From contig CAVVPN010000003.1 of NCBI GenBank assembly GCA_963750165.1, positions 1,632,001-1,696,000 of the forward strand: a stretch of 64,000 nt of DNA. Direction: 5' to 3'. The position numbers and the translations under genes were made by a program. Below the pieces are notes generated by a model. That model was not told the origin of the DNA and did no database searches. It saw only the letters and a program-made list of their open reading frames with translations. Position 1 is the stretch's first letter; each line of letters opens with the position of its first letter. The stretch is from an uncultured Gemmataceae bacterium (GTDB taxonomy: Bacteria > Planctomycetota > Planctomycetia > Gemmatales > Gemmataceae). Positions 17,799 through 28,731 of the stretch are shown here, in pieces.

Positions 17799-20700
17799 TT
17801 ATCGCGACCCCGGCCCGGACATGCCCATCAGGCCGCCGCTGGTGCCGCTGCCCATGCCGCCCATCGTGCCCATGCGGCGGCTGGCCGGCAGCAGGTTCGG
17901 ATACACCTGGAACAGGAAGCTGAACGTGCTCAGCGCCGAACTGTAGCTGAAGCCGATGTCCACCTCCACGTCCGAGCCGACGTGCGCAAAGAACGCCGAC
18001 ACGGTCTGCACCTTGTTGCCCACGTCGTCAGCCATCGTGAACGTCAGGGCGTACTTGCTGCTGAACGGGTAGGTGATGCTGGCGACGAACGTCTTGCTGT
18101 TGAGCGGGTCAATTTGCCGGTACATCAGCAAGACGTTCGTCTTGTCCGGCCGGTTGATCGTGCCGCCGAAGCTGAAGATGTGCGCCCCGTTCTGGAACGG
18201 TTCAAAAAAGCCCGAGCTGAACAGCGCCGTGCGGTCGCCGACGTTCCAGTTCCAGTCGTACTCCAGGAAGCCGACGTCGCTGCCGAAGTTCTGCGACGTG
18301 TTGGGAAAGAACGACGCCGACAGGTCCAGCGTCATCCAATCGACGATGTGCTGCTGCCCCAGGTAGCCGCGCTTCGTCTGCCAGCGCTGGCGGACATCGA
18401 ACTGGAAGGTGTTGATGCTGCCCAGCGTGTCGATGCGGTCCATGACCAGGCGGCGGACGGCCATCGACTGCGGATCGAACTGCGCCTGGGCCGGCAGCAA
18501 GGTGCCGACGCCGGGGTAGTAAATTGGCTCGAACGGCCGGATGTCGCGCATCGCCTGGTCGGTGGCGTCGTCGTGGATGCGGTCGAGCTGCGGCAGCAGG
18601 GTGTACGGTGTGTCGCTGTGGGCGATGTAGTAGTTGCCGCCCACTACTATCTTGTGAAAGATACCGTTGAGGTTGAGCAGCTCGCTGCACACGTCCGGGT
18701 AGAGCTTCGAGAAGGGGATGCTGCCGCGCATGCCGCCGCCGCCGTAGAAGCGGCCACGGCCCTCGCCCGCCAAGTCCTGCGTGTAGTACGTCAGGTCGAG
18801 CGTGGCGTACGGCACCAGTTTGAACGCTCCCATCTGGAACGGCAGACTGATTTCCTGGCCCCAGTCGAAGCGGCCGGTGGCGTCGTTCTGGTCGGTCGGC
18901 AGCAGCACGCCGGTCTGGTCCGATGTGCCGATCAGGTGGTAGTAGCCGGCGCTGCCGCGCGAGTTATACGTGAACAGGTCGAGGAATTTCTGGCCGATCA
19001 GGTAGCCCTGCACCTCGGGCAGCCGCTGCGCCTCGGTCACCCATTCGCGGAGGCGCGGCTCCGCCTTGATGTCCCACGCCATGATGCCCTGCTGCTGCTT
19101 GGCATAGAAGTACGTCTCCTGGTTCAGACCGCGCTGGAACTCCATCTGAAAGAACTGCTCAAGGAAGTTGCGGTCGGACAGCAGCGACACCTGGGACTGC
19201 ACCGAGAGGCCCATCGGCAGCTCCTGCATGTTGAGCTGACCGAGCAGGCGGCCGCGCCACTCGGGGTGCGGCGTATTCCAGAAATCGAGCTGCGGCACGA
19301 AGCTGGTGTACTGGCCCTCACCGCGGCCGCCGCCGAGCTGGTCGTTGCCGGTGTCGTGGATGCCGTACAGTTTGAAGTCACCGTTGGTCTTGTTGGGGAT
19401 GCCGAACATGTCCGTGATGCTGTACGCGAAGTCGGTGCCCAGGGCCGGGCCGCGCGCCGTCATCACGTCGGCGTAGAGCCGCCAGCGTGTGCCCGGCACG
19501 CGCTGCATCCCGAGCAACTCGTACAGGTCCCAGGTGGTGAACAGCTGGAAGCCGAAAATCTTGTTGTAGTTGAACGAGAAGTTGTCGAGTGGGCCGAGCG
19601 GATCGTTGACGTTGGCGGCGAGGTACGGCAGATAGAAGATCGGTACGCCGCCGATGTACAGGAGCATGTTGCGGCCCTGGAAAATCCGCTGCACTTCCTG
19701 TTCTTGCTGGCCGGTCTTGGGGTCGGTGAACGGGATGCCGAAGATGCTGTGCGCGGCACCGTGACGGTCTCGACCTGCGATGTGGTGAAGGTGACCTTGA
19801 TGCCGGGGTCCGAGGGCAGCTTGCTGGCGTTGAGGTCAGTCTCCTTGAGCTTGTACAGTTCGGCGTTGAGCTGGTCGATCTCCGGCGAGTTGATGTGGAC
19901 CGGATCGGCGACGCCCACTTCGCGGATTTCCATTTTGGCATTGAGGGCGATGGAGACGTTGCGGGCGGTGTTGTAATACACCTCGTCAGCGCGGATGAGG
20001 CGCGCCTCCTTGGGGCTCTGGTTGCGCAACTCGACGTTGCCGGACAGGTAGAACTCCTCGGGCGGCTGGTTGTTCTGATTGCCGCCGGTCTGGCGGAGGC
20101 CGTTGAGCGTGTCCTGGAAGTTGCCGCGTGTCCAGAAGACGAGGCGGTCGGCCTCGATGTCCACGAAGGTGCGGCCGTCGCCGGCCTGCAGGATGACGCC
20201 GCCGGTGACGACGACGATGGTTTCGCCGTTGGGCTGCGGGAAGTCGCGGGCCTTGAGTTCGATCAGGGACGAGCGCGGCACGATGACGAGCGAGCGCCGC
20301 GGTGCCGGGCCCATGTCTTCCAGCGGCACGACCTTTGGCTGCGGCCCAACCTGGGGCTGCTGCGATGGCTGGGACGGATTCGCCGGCACGCTCGGCGGCG
20401 GCACCTTGGGGGAAGTGTCGGGCGGCGTCGGCGGTTGCTGCAAGGGCTGGAATTGCTGGACCGGCGTGCCCTGCACCTGACCGGCAGGTGGCGTCGGTGC
20501 CGGGACCTGGGCGGCGGTTTGCTGCACCTGGCCGGGGGCGACGGCGCCTCCGGCGGATACGACGCCGCCAGTCGCTGGCCGCGCGCGCTCGGCGACGGTG
20601 CGCTGGTATAGCGGGTTCTGTGTCTGCGACTGGCTCACAATTGTGCCGACGTAAACATGTCCTTTCACCTGGGCGCTGGTAATCAGGGTGAACAGGGCCC

Positions 20701-21094
20701 GGGGCGTGGCCTGGGTGCCGATGACACTGTTGGAGCCGTCGAGCAGCTGGGTGAGGTTTTCGCCGTAGACCTCCACTTGATACTTGCCGGTCTTGCGCTG
20801 GCTCTCGAGGTTCACCCAGACGACGGCGTTTTCCATGCGGCCCTGGAGCACGCCCTGCTCGATGTAGGCGTCGCCGCTGAGGAGGAAGACCTGATAGTTT
20901 TGTTCGGTCCAGCTGGCGATGGTGCGGGCGGACAGGGTGATAGTCTGGTTGGCGGCGGGGTCGGTGCGATTCCAGGTGAGGCGGGCCGACTGGGCGAACA
21001 GGGACAGCGGGGCGCAGAGCAGCAGGAGGGCGGCGCAGGCGGCGCGGGCACCGCTGCCGGACGGCAGTCGAGGTATGCTGGATCGCGTGGTCAC
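17799..21094 (-). CDS. LptD/OstA-like LPS-assembly outer-membrane protein, planctomycete type (frameshift near 19740)
   Basis: Signal peptide, OstA-like IEADRLVFW/YLSGNV/ADEVYY, GGVPIFYLPY, SDRNFLEQFF, QRWQTKRG, aromatic beta-barrel C-terminus. Confidence 0.75.
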
Positions 21095-21218
21095 GGCGTC
21101 CCCCTCTCTGGCTCGTCTCATCCCTGCCCACCCCCGCGGTGCCGTCGGCGCGCGTCGGCCGCCCCGCGGGGCAACGCTGTTTCGTCGTGTTGAAAAACTT
21201 GAACGAAAAGAGCGGCGA

Positions 21219-21246
21219 AGTATAGAAAGCCGCACCGACCTGTCAA
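21219..21246 (-). promoter_or_regulatory. sigma70-like promoter TTGACA-N16-TATACT
   Basis: Near-consensus hexamers upstream of the LptD-like gene. Confidence 0.7.
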
Positions 21247-21324
21247 GGGCAAGCAGTCGTCCGGGTATGCCACGGCATTTTGGCAGAGGCTGGCAAGTGG
21301 GGGGGCACCCCCGTCATGGATTTG

Positions 21325-22386
21325 CTAGAACGGCAGCCGCTCGTCCTGTGCCGCCAGGATCACGGCCACCGTCGCGGGGATGAGCGGCAGCACCAGCGCC
21401 GGCAGCCAGCGCTTCCACCCCCGCAGTCGGGCCAGCCCAGGCAGCACCAGCGGCGCCAGCGCCAGCGGCGCCAGGCCCATTAGCAGGAAGCCTTCCCAGG
21501 GCACCGGCGGCTCGTTGCGTATCGGATTCCACTGACAAACGGTCATGGCCCCCGGCAGCAGCACCGCCACGGGGGCCAGGGCCGGGCCGGTGTCGCCCCG
21601 CACCAGCCAGGCAACGATGGCCGGCCCGGCGAGCACCGCGCCAACGAGCGGGGCCAGTTCGGAAAGTCGGGGGGCGGGGGCACACGCCGCCACCAGGCCG
21701 GCTGCCGCGCAACACAGGGCCAGCGCCGCCGGCACAGTGCCGTCGCGCCAGCGCCGGGCCAGGTGGGTGAGCAACGCCCATTCCGCCAGGAGGGCCGCAC
21801 TCAGGCACCAGGGCACCCACGGCATTTCCACGCGCAGCGGCGGCGCCTCAAACGAGGTCGAGAGCCCCGCGGTGAGCAGACGGCCTGCCAGCACGGCGAC
21901 CAGCGTCCGCGCCGTCCAACCGAGGCTGGCGGGCACGCGCGGCAGTCGGGCGAGCAGTTCTACCAGCAGCGCCAGCCCGCCCAGCCAGGGCAACCAGTAG
22001 CCGGGCGGTGGCAGCGGCAGTTCATACTCGGGTTCGGGGGAGTCGGATGCTTCGGGGTCGCCGACTTTGGGGGGCGGTTTCGCCTCCAGCGACCAGCCGA
22101 GGACGGTCGCCAGGTCGTCCACGGTCAGGGGACGGTCCTGCAACTTGCCCTCCGGCGTGGGCTCCGTGTCAAGATGCACGCGGATCGGGTCACGGAGGCG
22201 CGTCTCGTTGCCCACGAATACGCCAGCCGCCAGCGCCAGCGCCGCGGCCAGGGGCGCCAGGCGCGTGGCCCTCAGGGCAAGCAACACCAGCATCAGCGCC
22301 GGCATCAGCACCAGCGACGTGAGCAGCGCCGGGCCCACCAGGGTCAGCGACTTGTCCGCCAGGACCTCCACCATCGGCTCGGGCAT
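21325..22386 (-). CDS. Hypothetical polytopic membrane protein
   Basis: Multiple TM segments; AAGGAGG RBS. Confidence 0.7.
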   Translation of the reverse strand: MPEPMVEVLADKSLTLVGPALLTSLVLMPALMLVLLALRATRLAPLAAALALAAGVFVGNETRLRDPIRVHLDTEPTPEGKLQDRPLTVDDLATVLGWSLEAKPPPKVGDPEASDSPEPEYELPLPPPGYWLPWLGGLALLVELLARLPRVPASLGWTARTLVAVLAGRLLTAGLSTSFEAPPLRVEMPWVPWCLSAALLAEWALLTHLARRWRDGTVPAALALCCAAAGLVAACAPAPRLSELAPLVGAVLAGPAIVAWLVRGDTGPALAPVAVLLPGAMTVCQWNPIRNEPPVPWEGFLLMGLAPLALAPLVLPGLARLRGWKRWLPALVLPLIPATVAVILAAQDERLPF

Positions 22387-22407
22387 GACGGCGCCTCCTT
22401 TGTGGGC

Positions 22408-22485
22408 ATGAGGGGGTGAACGGGTGAGGGGGTGAAAGAGCAGTTGTCTATCACCCCCTCACCCGTTCACCCCTCACCCCCTCAT
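22408..22485. repeat. Inverted octamer arrays (GGGTGAGG-like / CACCCCCT-like)
   Basis: AGGGGGTGAACGGGTGAGGGGGTGA ... TCACCCCCTCACCCGTTCACCCCTCACCCCCTCAT. Confidence 0.8.
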
Positions 22486-22491
22486 CCGCCG

Positions 22492-23031
22492 CTACTTCGC
22501 CCTGACGGTCACCTTCAGGCTCACGTCGTCATCGACCATGCCCTTGCCGTAGCTGACGCCCCAGTCGTGGCGGTTGATCTTGAAGCTACTCGTCAGGCTC
22601 AGCGTGCCGCCGCTGACGTCAATCTTCGCGGGGAAGCTCACCTCCCTGGTCTTGCCGCGCATCGTCAGCTTGCCCGTCATCGTGTAGCCGTCACCGCTCT
22701 TCTCCACCTTCGAGGACACAAACTTCGCCTTGGGGTAGTTCTTCGCGTCGAAGAATTCTGGCTGCTTGAGGTGGTTGGTCAGCTTGGCGGTGTCGGTGTA
22801 CAGCGAATTCACGTCGAACTCGACGGCCACCTTGAGCGTGGTCGGGTCGGTGCCGTTGATCGTCGCGGTGCCGGTCACCTTCTTGAAACCGCCCTCGTGT
22901 TTGCCCTTGGGCTTGGTGCCCACGAAGGTCACCTTGGCGTTCTCGGCGTTCAGGACGATCTTCGTCAAGCCCGCCTCGTTCGTCGTCGCCAGCAGCGCCA
23001 GCACAATCACCGCCATCAGCACACGCACCAT
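22492..23031 (-). CDS. YceI family protein
   Basis: Signal peptide; HLKQPEFFDAKNYPKAKF, GKLTMRGKT, INRHDWGV. Confidence 0.9.
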   Translation of the reverse strand: MVRVLMAVIVLALLATTNEAGLTKIVLNAENAKVTFVGTKPKGKHEGGFKKVTGTATINGTDPTTLKVAVEFDVNSLYTDTAKLTNHLKQPEFFDAKNYPKAKFVSSKVEKSGDGYTMTGKLTMRGKTREVSFPAKIDVSGGTLSLTSSFKINRHDWGVSYGKGMVDDDVSLKVTVRAK

Positions 23032-23137
23032 GACAGTGTCCTCCCTGAATGAAAATGTAGGGCGAATCGGTGGAGTTACTGTAATGGCTCTGCTCGGCTC
23101 AAGCAATAGTTGATCGATCAATTTTTTCTGGGCGGCG

Positions 23138-23976
23138 TCACCCCGCCAGGCATTCGCGCAGGTAGCGCACGCCGTGAGCCACGTCCGCCAGGCGCTGTTC
23201 CTGGTCGCCGACCTCACGCTCGATGCACAGCGGGCCGCGGTAACCGACCTTCTTCAGCGTCTGAAGGAATTGCTTGATGTTGACCTGGCCCTGGCCGAGC
23301 GGCACCTCGTCGCCCCAGACGCCGGGTGTCTTCGTGCGGTTGGCGTCCTTGACGTGGACACTGCGAATGTCCGGTCCCAGGATTTCCACCGCCCGCAACG
23401 GGTCGCCCATCTCGTACAGCAGCACGTTGGCCGGGTCGAAGTTGACCTTCAGGTTCGGGCAGCGCAGCTCGTCCAGCGTCAGCCGCAGCAGGTCCGCCGT
23501 CTCCTGGCCCGTCTCGAACGCCACCGTCACGCCCTGCGCCTGCGCCAGATCGCTGACCTGCGCCAGTGTGTCCAGGAACGGCCTGCGCTCGGGCTTGCCC
23601 GGCTCCGGGATGAAGCCGGCGTGCAGCATCAGGTCCGTCAGGCCCAGCGCCCGCGTCCGCTCCAGCGCCACTGAAAGCGCGCCAGCCGCTCCGGCCGCAG
23701 CGCCGGGTCGCCGAAGCCGCCTGTCTTCTGAATGGTCGCCGGCGTTGTGTAGTCCTCGCCGGGGAAGCCGAGCATCGCTCCCGTCATGCGGAAGCCCGCC
23801 GCCTTCGCGGCTTCCGGCATGCGGTCGCCCTCCTCCCAGGAGGCGTGGTGCGGGTCGCCACACGCGATCTGCACCACGTCCAGGCCGAGGCGATCCAGAA
23901 GCCGCTTCAGCTCGGGCACACTCTTGACCTGCAGCGACCAGCTGCACACGCCGATGGCGAGCGGTTCGATGCTCAT
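23138..23976 (-). CDS. Sugar phosphate isomerase/epimerase, xylose-isomerase-like TIM barrel (frameshift near 23670)
   Basis: GVCSWSL N-terminus; FETGQE, NFDPAN, VHVKD, IERE. Confidence 0.85.
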
Positions 23977-23992
23977 GTGGTGATCTCCGAAT

Positions 23993-24050
23993 GATGAGGG
24001 GGTGACAGAGGACCGTCTTTCACCCCCTCACCCCTTCACCCCCTCATCCT
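23993..24050. repeat. Second copy of the octamer inverted-array element
   Basis: GATGAGGGGGTGA ... TCACCCCCTCACCCCTTCACCCCCTCATC. Confidence 0.7.
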
Positions 24051-24397
24051 CAACCGGGGGCGGGTTCGATGGTGCAGCCGAGCGGGCCAAACTTGGTGCC
24101 GTCGGCGCGGATCTCGTGGAAACTGAGGATCTGCTCCTGTTTCAACTCGGCCACTTCGCGAGTGCCCGTCCAGACGATGGCCCGGCCGGTGTCGTGCGCC
24201 AGCTTCGTCAGCGTGAACGCCCGCTGTTCGGTACAGCCGAGCGCCTTTTGCAGCACCTCCATGACGAACTCGAAGCTGTGATAATCATCGTTTTCGAGGA
24301 TGACGTTGTACGGCGGCTGCCGGCGCGTCTTCGTTTCCTCGCGTTCCCGGGGTTTGGTGGTGATGTTCGTGTCGGGCAGGGAAGGATCGGTGCTCAT
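24050..24397 (-). CDS. clpS: ATP-dependent Clp protease adaptor ClpS
   Basis: PPYNVILENDDYHSFEFVMEVL, AHDTGRAIV, CTIEP. Confidence 0.9.
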   Translation of the reverse strand: MSTDPSLPDTNITTKPREREETKTRRQPPYNVILENDDYHSFEFVMEVLQKALGCTEQRAFTLTKLAHDTGRAIVWTGTREVAELKQEQILSFHEIRADGTKFGPLGCTIEPAPG

Positions 24398-24486
24398 GGG
24401 GCCTCCGCGGGGATCGGACACCTTCTTTTCCCTGGAAGTATACACCAGGGACAGCGACCCGTCTTTCCGCCGCTTGCGGCGGAAAA

Positions 24487-25917
24487 TCACTTGCGCGGCC
24501 GCTTGTAAAGGTGCGTCGCCAGGCCGTGCAGCGTCTCGGCAGCCTCGCCGAGCGTCTCCGACAGCGTTGGGTGCGGGTGGATGCTCATCGCCAAATCGCG
24601 GGCCGTGGCACCCATCTCGACGGCGACGACCCCCTCCGCGATCAGTTCGCCCGCCCCCGGCCCCACCAGGGCCACGCCCAGCACGCGATCCGACTTCGGG
24701 TCCACCAGAATTTTCGTCAACCCGTCCGAGCGGCCCAGCGACCTGGCCCGGCCGGACGCCGCCCAGGGGAAGCGGCCGATGTTCACGTCACGGCCGGTCT
24801 TCTTCGCCTCGGTTTCGGTCAGACCGCACCAGGCGATTTCCGGATCGGTGAACACCACCGCCGGGATGGCCCGCGGCTCCCACACCGCCGGCTCGCCCAG
24901 AAGCGCCTCGACCGCGACCTTGCCCTCATGGGCCGCCTTGTGCGCCAGCATTGGCTCGCCGGCCACGTCGCCGATGGCGAAAATGTTCTCGTTCGCGGTG
25001 CGGCGCTGCTCGTCCACCTGCACGAAACCCTTGGCGTCCAGCAGCACCCCCGCCCGGTCGAGGCCGAGGTTCGCGGTGCTGGGCCGCCGGCCGACCGCCA
25101 CCAGCACGCGCTCGAACTTCTGTTCCTGCGTAACGCCCGCGCCCTCCAGCGTCGCCACGATGCCGTCGCCCTGGTCCGCCACCTTCGTCACCTTCGTTTT
25201 CAGCAGCACCTGCTGAAACAGGCCCGCGCCCGGCTTTTCGCTCACCAGTCGCTTCGCCAGGTGGCCGACGAGGTCCGCGTCCACGCCCGGCAGCAGCGCA
25301 TCCATCAGTTCGACAACGGTGACCTGGCTGCCAAGCGCCGCGTACACCGTGCCCATCTCCAGGCCGATGTAGCCGCCGCCGATCACCAGCAGCGACCTCG
25401 GCACTTCCGGGAGTTGCAGCGCACTGGTGGAGTCGAGCAGGCGCGGGCTGTCCAGGCTCAGGTGCGGCAGCTTCGTCGGGCTGGAGCCGGTGGCGATGAT
25501 GCAGTGCCGGAAGCGGATGTGCTGGCCGTTCTCCAGCCGCAGGCTCTGGCTGTCGGCGAAGGTGGCGCGGCTGGAGATGTACGTCACCTTGCGCTGCTTC
25601 GCCAGGAAGGCGAGGCTGCTGGCCATCTCATCGACGATCCTGTCCTTGCGGGCGCGCAACTGGTCGAGGTCGATCGTTGGCGGCAGGAAGTGCAGGCCCC
25701 AGGCGTCGGCCTCGCGGGTGGCCTCGGTGATGACGCGGGCGGCGTGCAGCAGGGCCTTGGAGGGGATGCAGCCGCAGTGCAGACAGACGCCACCGGGTTT
25801 GGGCCGGGAGTCGATGAGCGTGACCTGTTTGCCGCGGTCGGCCGCCAGGAACGCCGCCGAGTAGCCGCCGGGGCCGGCACCTAGCACGACCAGTTCGCTT
25901 TCGGTGATTTCGGCCAT
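24487..25917 (-). CDS. lpdA: Dihydrolipoyl dehydrogenase (E3)
   Basis: GAGPGGY, GGVCLHCGCIPSK, GGGYIGLE, HPHPTLSE. Confidence 0.95.
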   Translation of the reverse strand: MAEITESELVVLGAGPGGYSAAFLAADRGKQVTLIDSRPKPGGVCLHCGCIPSKALLHAARVITEATREADAWGLHFLPPTIDLDQLRARKDRIVDEMASSLAFLAKQRKVTYISSRATFADSQSLRLENGQHIRFRHCIIATGSSPTKLPHLSLDSPRLLDSTSALQLPEVPRSLLVIGGGYIGLEMGTVYAALGSQVTVVELMDALLPGVDADLVGHLAKRLVSEKPGAGLFQQVLLKTKVTKVADQGDGIVATLEGAGVTQEQKFERVLVAVGRRPSTANLGLDRAGVLLDAKGFVQVDEQRRTANENIFAIGDVAGEPMLAHKAAHEGKVAVEALLGEPAVWEPRAIPAVVFTDPEIAWCGLTETEAKKTGRDVNIGRFPWAASGRARSLGRSDGLTKILVDPKSDRVLGVALVGPGAGELIAEGVVAVEMGATARDLAMSIHPHPTLSETLGEAAETLHGLATHLYKRPRK

Positions 25918-25931
25918 GAATGTCCCTCGAA

Positions 25932-26045
25932 AAGGGGTTCATCACAAAGACACAAAGAAACACAAAGGAAAGACAAGGATATAGTTCGTTTGGTCTTTTT
26001 TTTGTCTTCTTTGTGTTTCTTTGTGTCTTTGTGGTGAACCCTCTT
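25932..26045. repeat. Inverted ~9-mer arrays (ACACAAAGA-like)
   Basis: CACAAAGACACAAAGAAACACAAAG ... CTTTGTGTTTCTTTGTGTCTTTGTG. Confidence 0.85.
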
Positions 26046-27336
26046 TACGCATGCAGCAACATCACCAGCGGGTTTTCCAGCATCTCCGCGAGGCGGCGCG
26101 TGAAGCGCGCCGCGTCGGCGCCGTCGATGACACGGTGGTCGTACGACAGCGACAGCGGCAACAGCAACCGCGGCACAATCGCGCCGTGGCGCTCCACCGG
26201 CTGCAGCCGGCTCCGCGACATGCCCAGGATCGCCACCTCCGGATAATTGACGATCGGCGTGAAGCTGGTGCCGCCAATGCCGCCCAGGTTCGTGATCGTG
26301 AACGTACCGCCGCTCATGTCGTCGCCGGTCAACTTCTTGTCGCGCGCCCTGGCCGCCACCTCGCCCAGTTCCTGCGCCAGCTCGTGGACGCTCTTTTTGT
26401 CCACATCGCGCAACACCGGCACCACCAGGCCGCGGTCGGTGTCCACCGCGACGCCCAGGTGATAGTAGCGCTTGTAGACCAGCTGGTTGCCCGCCAGGTC
26501 GAGGCTGGCGTTGAAGTGCGGGAACTGCTTCAGCGCAATCGCCGCCGCCTTCAGCGCGAACGCCGTCACCGTCAATTTGGGGCCCTTGCCGTCCTGCTGC
26601 TTACGGAACGCCTCCAGGTCCGTCACGTCCGCCAGATCATGCTGCGTCACGTGTGGGATCAGGTTCCACGACAGGCTTAACCGCTCGGCGATGGTGCGGC
26701 GCAGGCTCGTCAGCGGCTGGCGCTCGACGGCGCCCCACTTCTCGAACTGCGGCAGCGGCGGCGCCTGCAGGACACCCCCGCCGCCGGCCGGGGCGGTGGT
26801 GAGCTGGCGGACGAACGCCTGCACGTCCTCCTGGCTGACGCGGCCGCGCGGTGCGGTGCCGGTCACGCGCCGCAGATCGACGCCCAGCTCACGGGCCAGG
26901 CGGCGCGTCGCGGGGCCGGCCGGCGGCACCACCTCGTCGCCGTCCTCAGCGACCGCGGTGGGCGCCGACGCCACGGCGGGAGCGGCGACCAGGGCCGGCG
27001 GTTGCTTCGGCGCTGGCGGCGGGGGCGCGGGTTTGTCCGGCTTCTTCGGCTCCGGCGTGGGGGCCGTCGCCGCGGGCGCGGCAACCGCGGCGCCGTTGGG
27101 ACCGCCTTCCAGCTCGAACAACAGCTGACCGATCTTGACGTGATCGCCCTTCTTGACGAGCACCTTGGTGATGCGCCCGGCGCCGGCGCCTTGACCTCGA
27201 CCGTGCTCTTTTCGACCTCGACTTCCAGCAGTGGTTGATTCTGGGCGACCTCAGCGCCGACGTTGACCTTCACGTCCACCACGTCGCCGCTTTTGAAGCC
27301 CTCGACCAGTTTGGGCAGCTTGATTTCGCTGGCCAT
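26045..27336 (-). CDS. 2-oxoacid (probably pyruvate) dehydrogenase E2 dihydrolipoamide acyltransferase (frameshift near 27185)
   Basis: Lipoyl domain (EVEVEKSTVEV), PAGPATRRLARELG, TFTITNLGG, YDHRVIDGA. Confidence 0.9.
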
Positions 27337-27434
27337 GCTGACTCCCCTTCGCCAAGCGTTCCGCACCGTTCCCGGATGCCCCTCTACCAATAATGTAGGG
27401 GAAGCAATCAAGGGCGGTTAGGTGGTGGGGGGGG

Positions 27435-27514
27435 GTGGGGTGGTACGGTCTTCGCTTTTAGTTTCGCGCGGACTCTATCCCCGCGAAACTACAAACGAAG
27501 ACCGCACTACCCAC
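27435..27514. repeat. Long imperfect palindrome (REP-like/terminator)
   Basis: GTGGTACGGTCTTCG...TAGTTTCGCG / CGCGAAACTA...CGAAGACCGCACTAC. Confidence 0.6.
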
Positions 27515-27566
27515 CGATAGGAGCCAATCATGATCGAGTTCTCGACGGTCATGCTGACCCGGCTGC

Positions 27567-28508
27567 TCATTCCAACTGCCCCCCGAGGGGGAGCCCGTCG
27601 CTGGGCAGCAGCGCCCGCCACCAGATGGTGCCGCTGATGCCTGGGGACACGTTGCGCACGCTGCCGTCCACCAGGGCCACCTGGCAGCCGGCCGGCGAGT
27701 ACGCTTGCGGGGTGTAGCACGAGTCCGCCCCGACCACTGGGCTGACCTCGAACACCGAGGCGTGGATCAGGAACGGTGCCCACCGCGACGGCCCCGCGCC
27801 GTCGTCGCCCCAGGTGCGGGCGCCGTAGACGCCTCCGCCGTAATCGCACTTGCCGGCGTAACGCTCCACGAACAGGATCGTGTTCGAGGTCCCGTCCCGC
27901 ACGTCCTGCGGAATGCGCGGATACACGTTCGTCAAGCCGTCGGCCGTGTCGCCGTTCGTCGCCACGCAGTTGCCCAGGAAGTAACACATGGCGTTGCTGG
28001 CGCCGCTGAACAGGTAGCCGTTGGCCTCGTAACTGCACACGCCGGCCAGGACGCCCTGGCTGTTGGCCATGATCTGGCCGGCCTGCTGCCCCGGGTCGAG
28101 CGGCGCCAGGAACACGTTGAGCACTACCGTGCTCGTGTAGGAATGGCCCGTGGTCGTGTTGTAGACGTTATCCTGTTCCAGGTAGGGCAGCAGGAAGTAG
28201 TGCAAGGTGCCGTGCTTCGCTGGCGTGAACGTGGTGCCGGTGGCGCCGCGCGGGAAATACCCCCAGCCGGTGGGCAGGTACTTGTATGTGCTGTGCAGGT
28301 CGTGGCACGCCGTCCCGAGTTGCTTGAGGTTGTTGATGGACTGGGTACGGCCGGCGGCCTCGCGGACCTTTTGCACCGCCGGCAGCAGCAGGCCGATCAG
28401 GATGGCGATGATCGCGATCACCACCAGCAGTTCAATCAGCGTGAAGGCGTGGCGACTGCGGTGGGGTGGGCATGGTACTGGCAGCACGATTCGGTGGGTG
28501 TTGAACAT
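27567..28508 (-). CDS. DUF1559 prepilin-type protein
   Basis: [48 protein letters not shown]. Confidence 0.95.
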   Translation of the reverse strand: MFNTHRIVLPVPCPPHRSRHAFTLIELLVVIAIIAILIGLLLPAVQKVREAAGRTQSINNLKQLGTACHDLHSTYKYLPTGWGYFPRGATGTTFTPAKHGTLHYFLLPYLEQDNVYNTTTGHSYTSTVVLNVFLAPLDPGQQAGQIMANSQGVLAGVCSYEANGYLFSGASNAMCYFLGNCVATNGDTADGLTNVYPRIPQDVRDGTSNTILFVERYAGKCDYGGGVYGARTWGDDGAGPSRWAPFLIHASVFEVSPVVGADSCYTPQAYSPAGCQVALVDGSVRNVSPGISGTIWWRALLPSDGLPLGGQLE

Positions 28509-28731
28509 GGTCGAATGAAAACCTTGCAAGGGTTCGCCGCCGAGGCAGGTTATTTCTCCCATGATTTATAGTTTAGATGGGGTTGGCAGCGGCCGCAAGG
28601 AAAACCTCGCCCCGGCACCCCGGCGACCGACAGGACGAACGCGGCGCCGGTTGCGGTTTTCCGGCTTGGTCCCGTGGCGTAAAATAGCCAGTGGGCAATA
28701 CGCCGACCTTCCCGCAGGAGAGCCGTTCCTC

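Noticed and set aside
17604..19976. 790-aa plus-strand ORF, and similar long ORFs at 56422-59880 and 59884-62292
   Set aside because: Antisense shadows of high-GC genes (LptD-like, RHS) with no recognisable motifs
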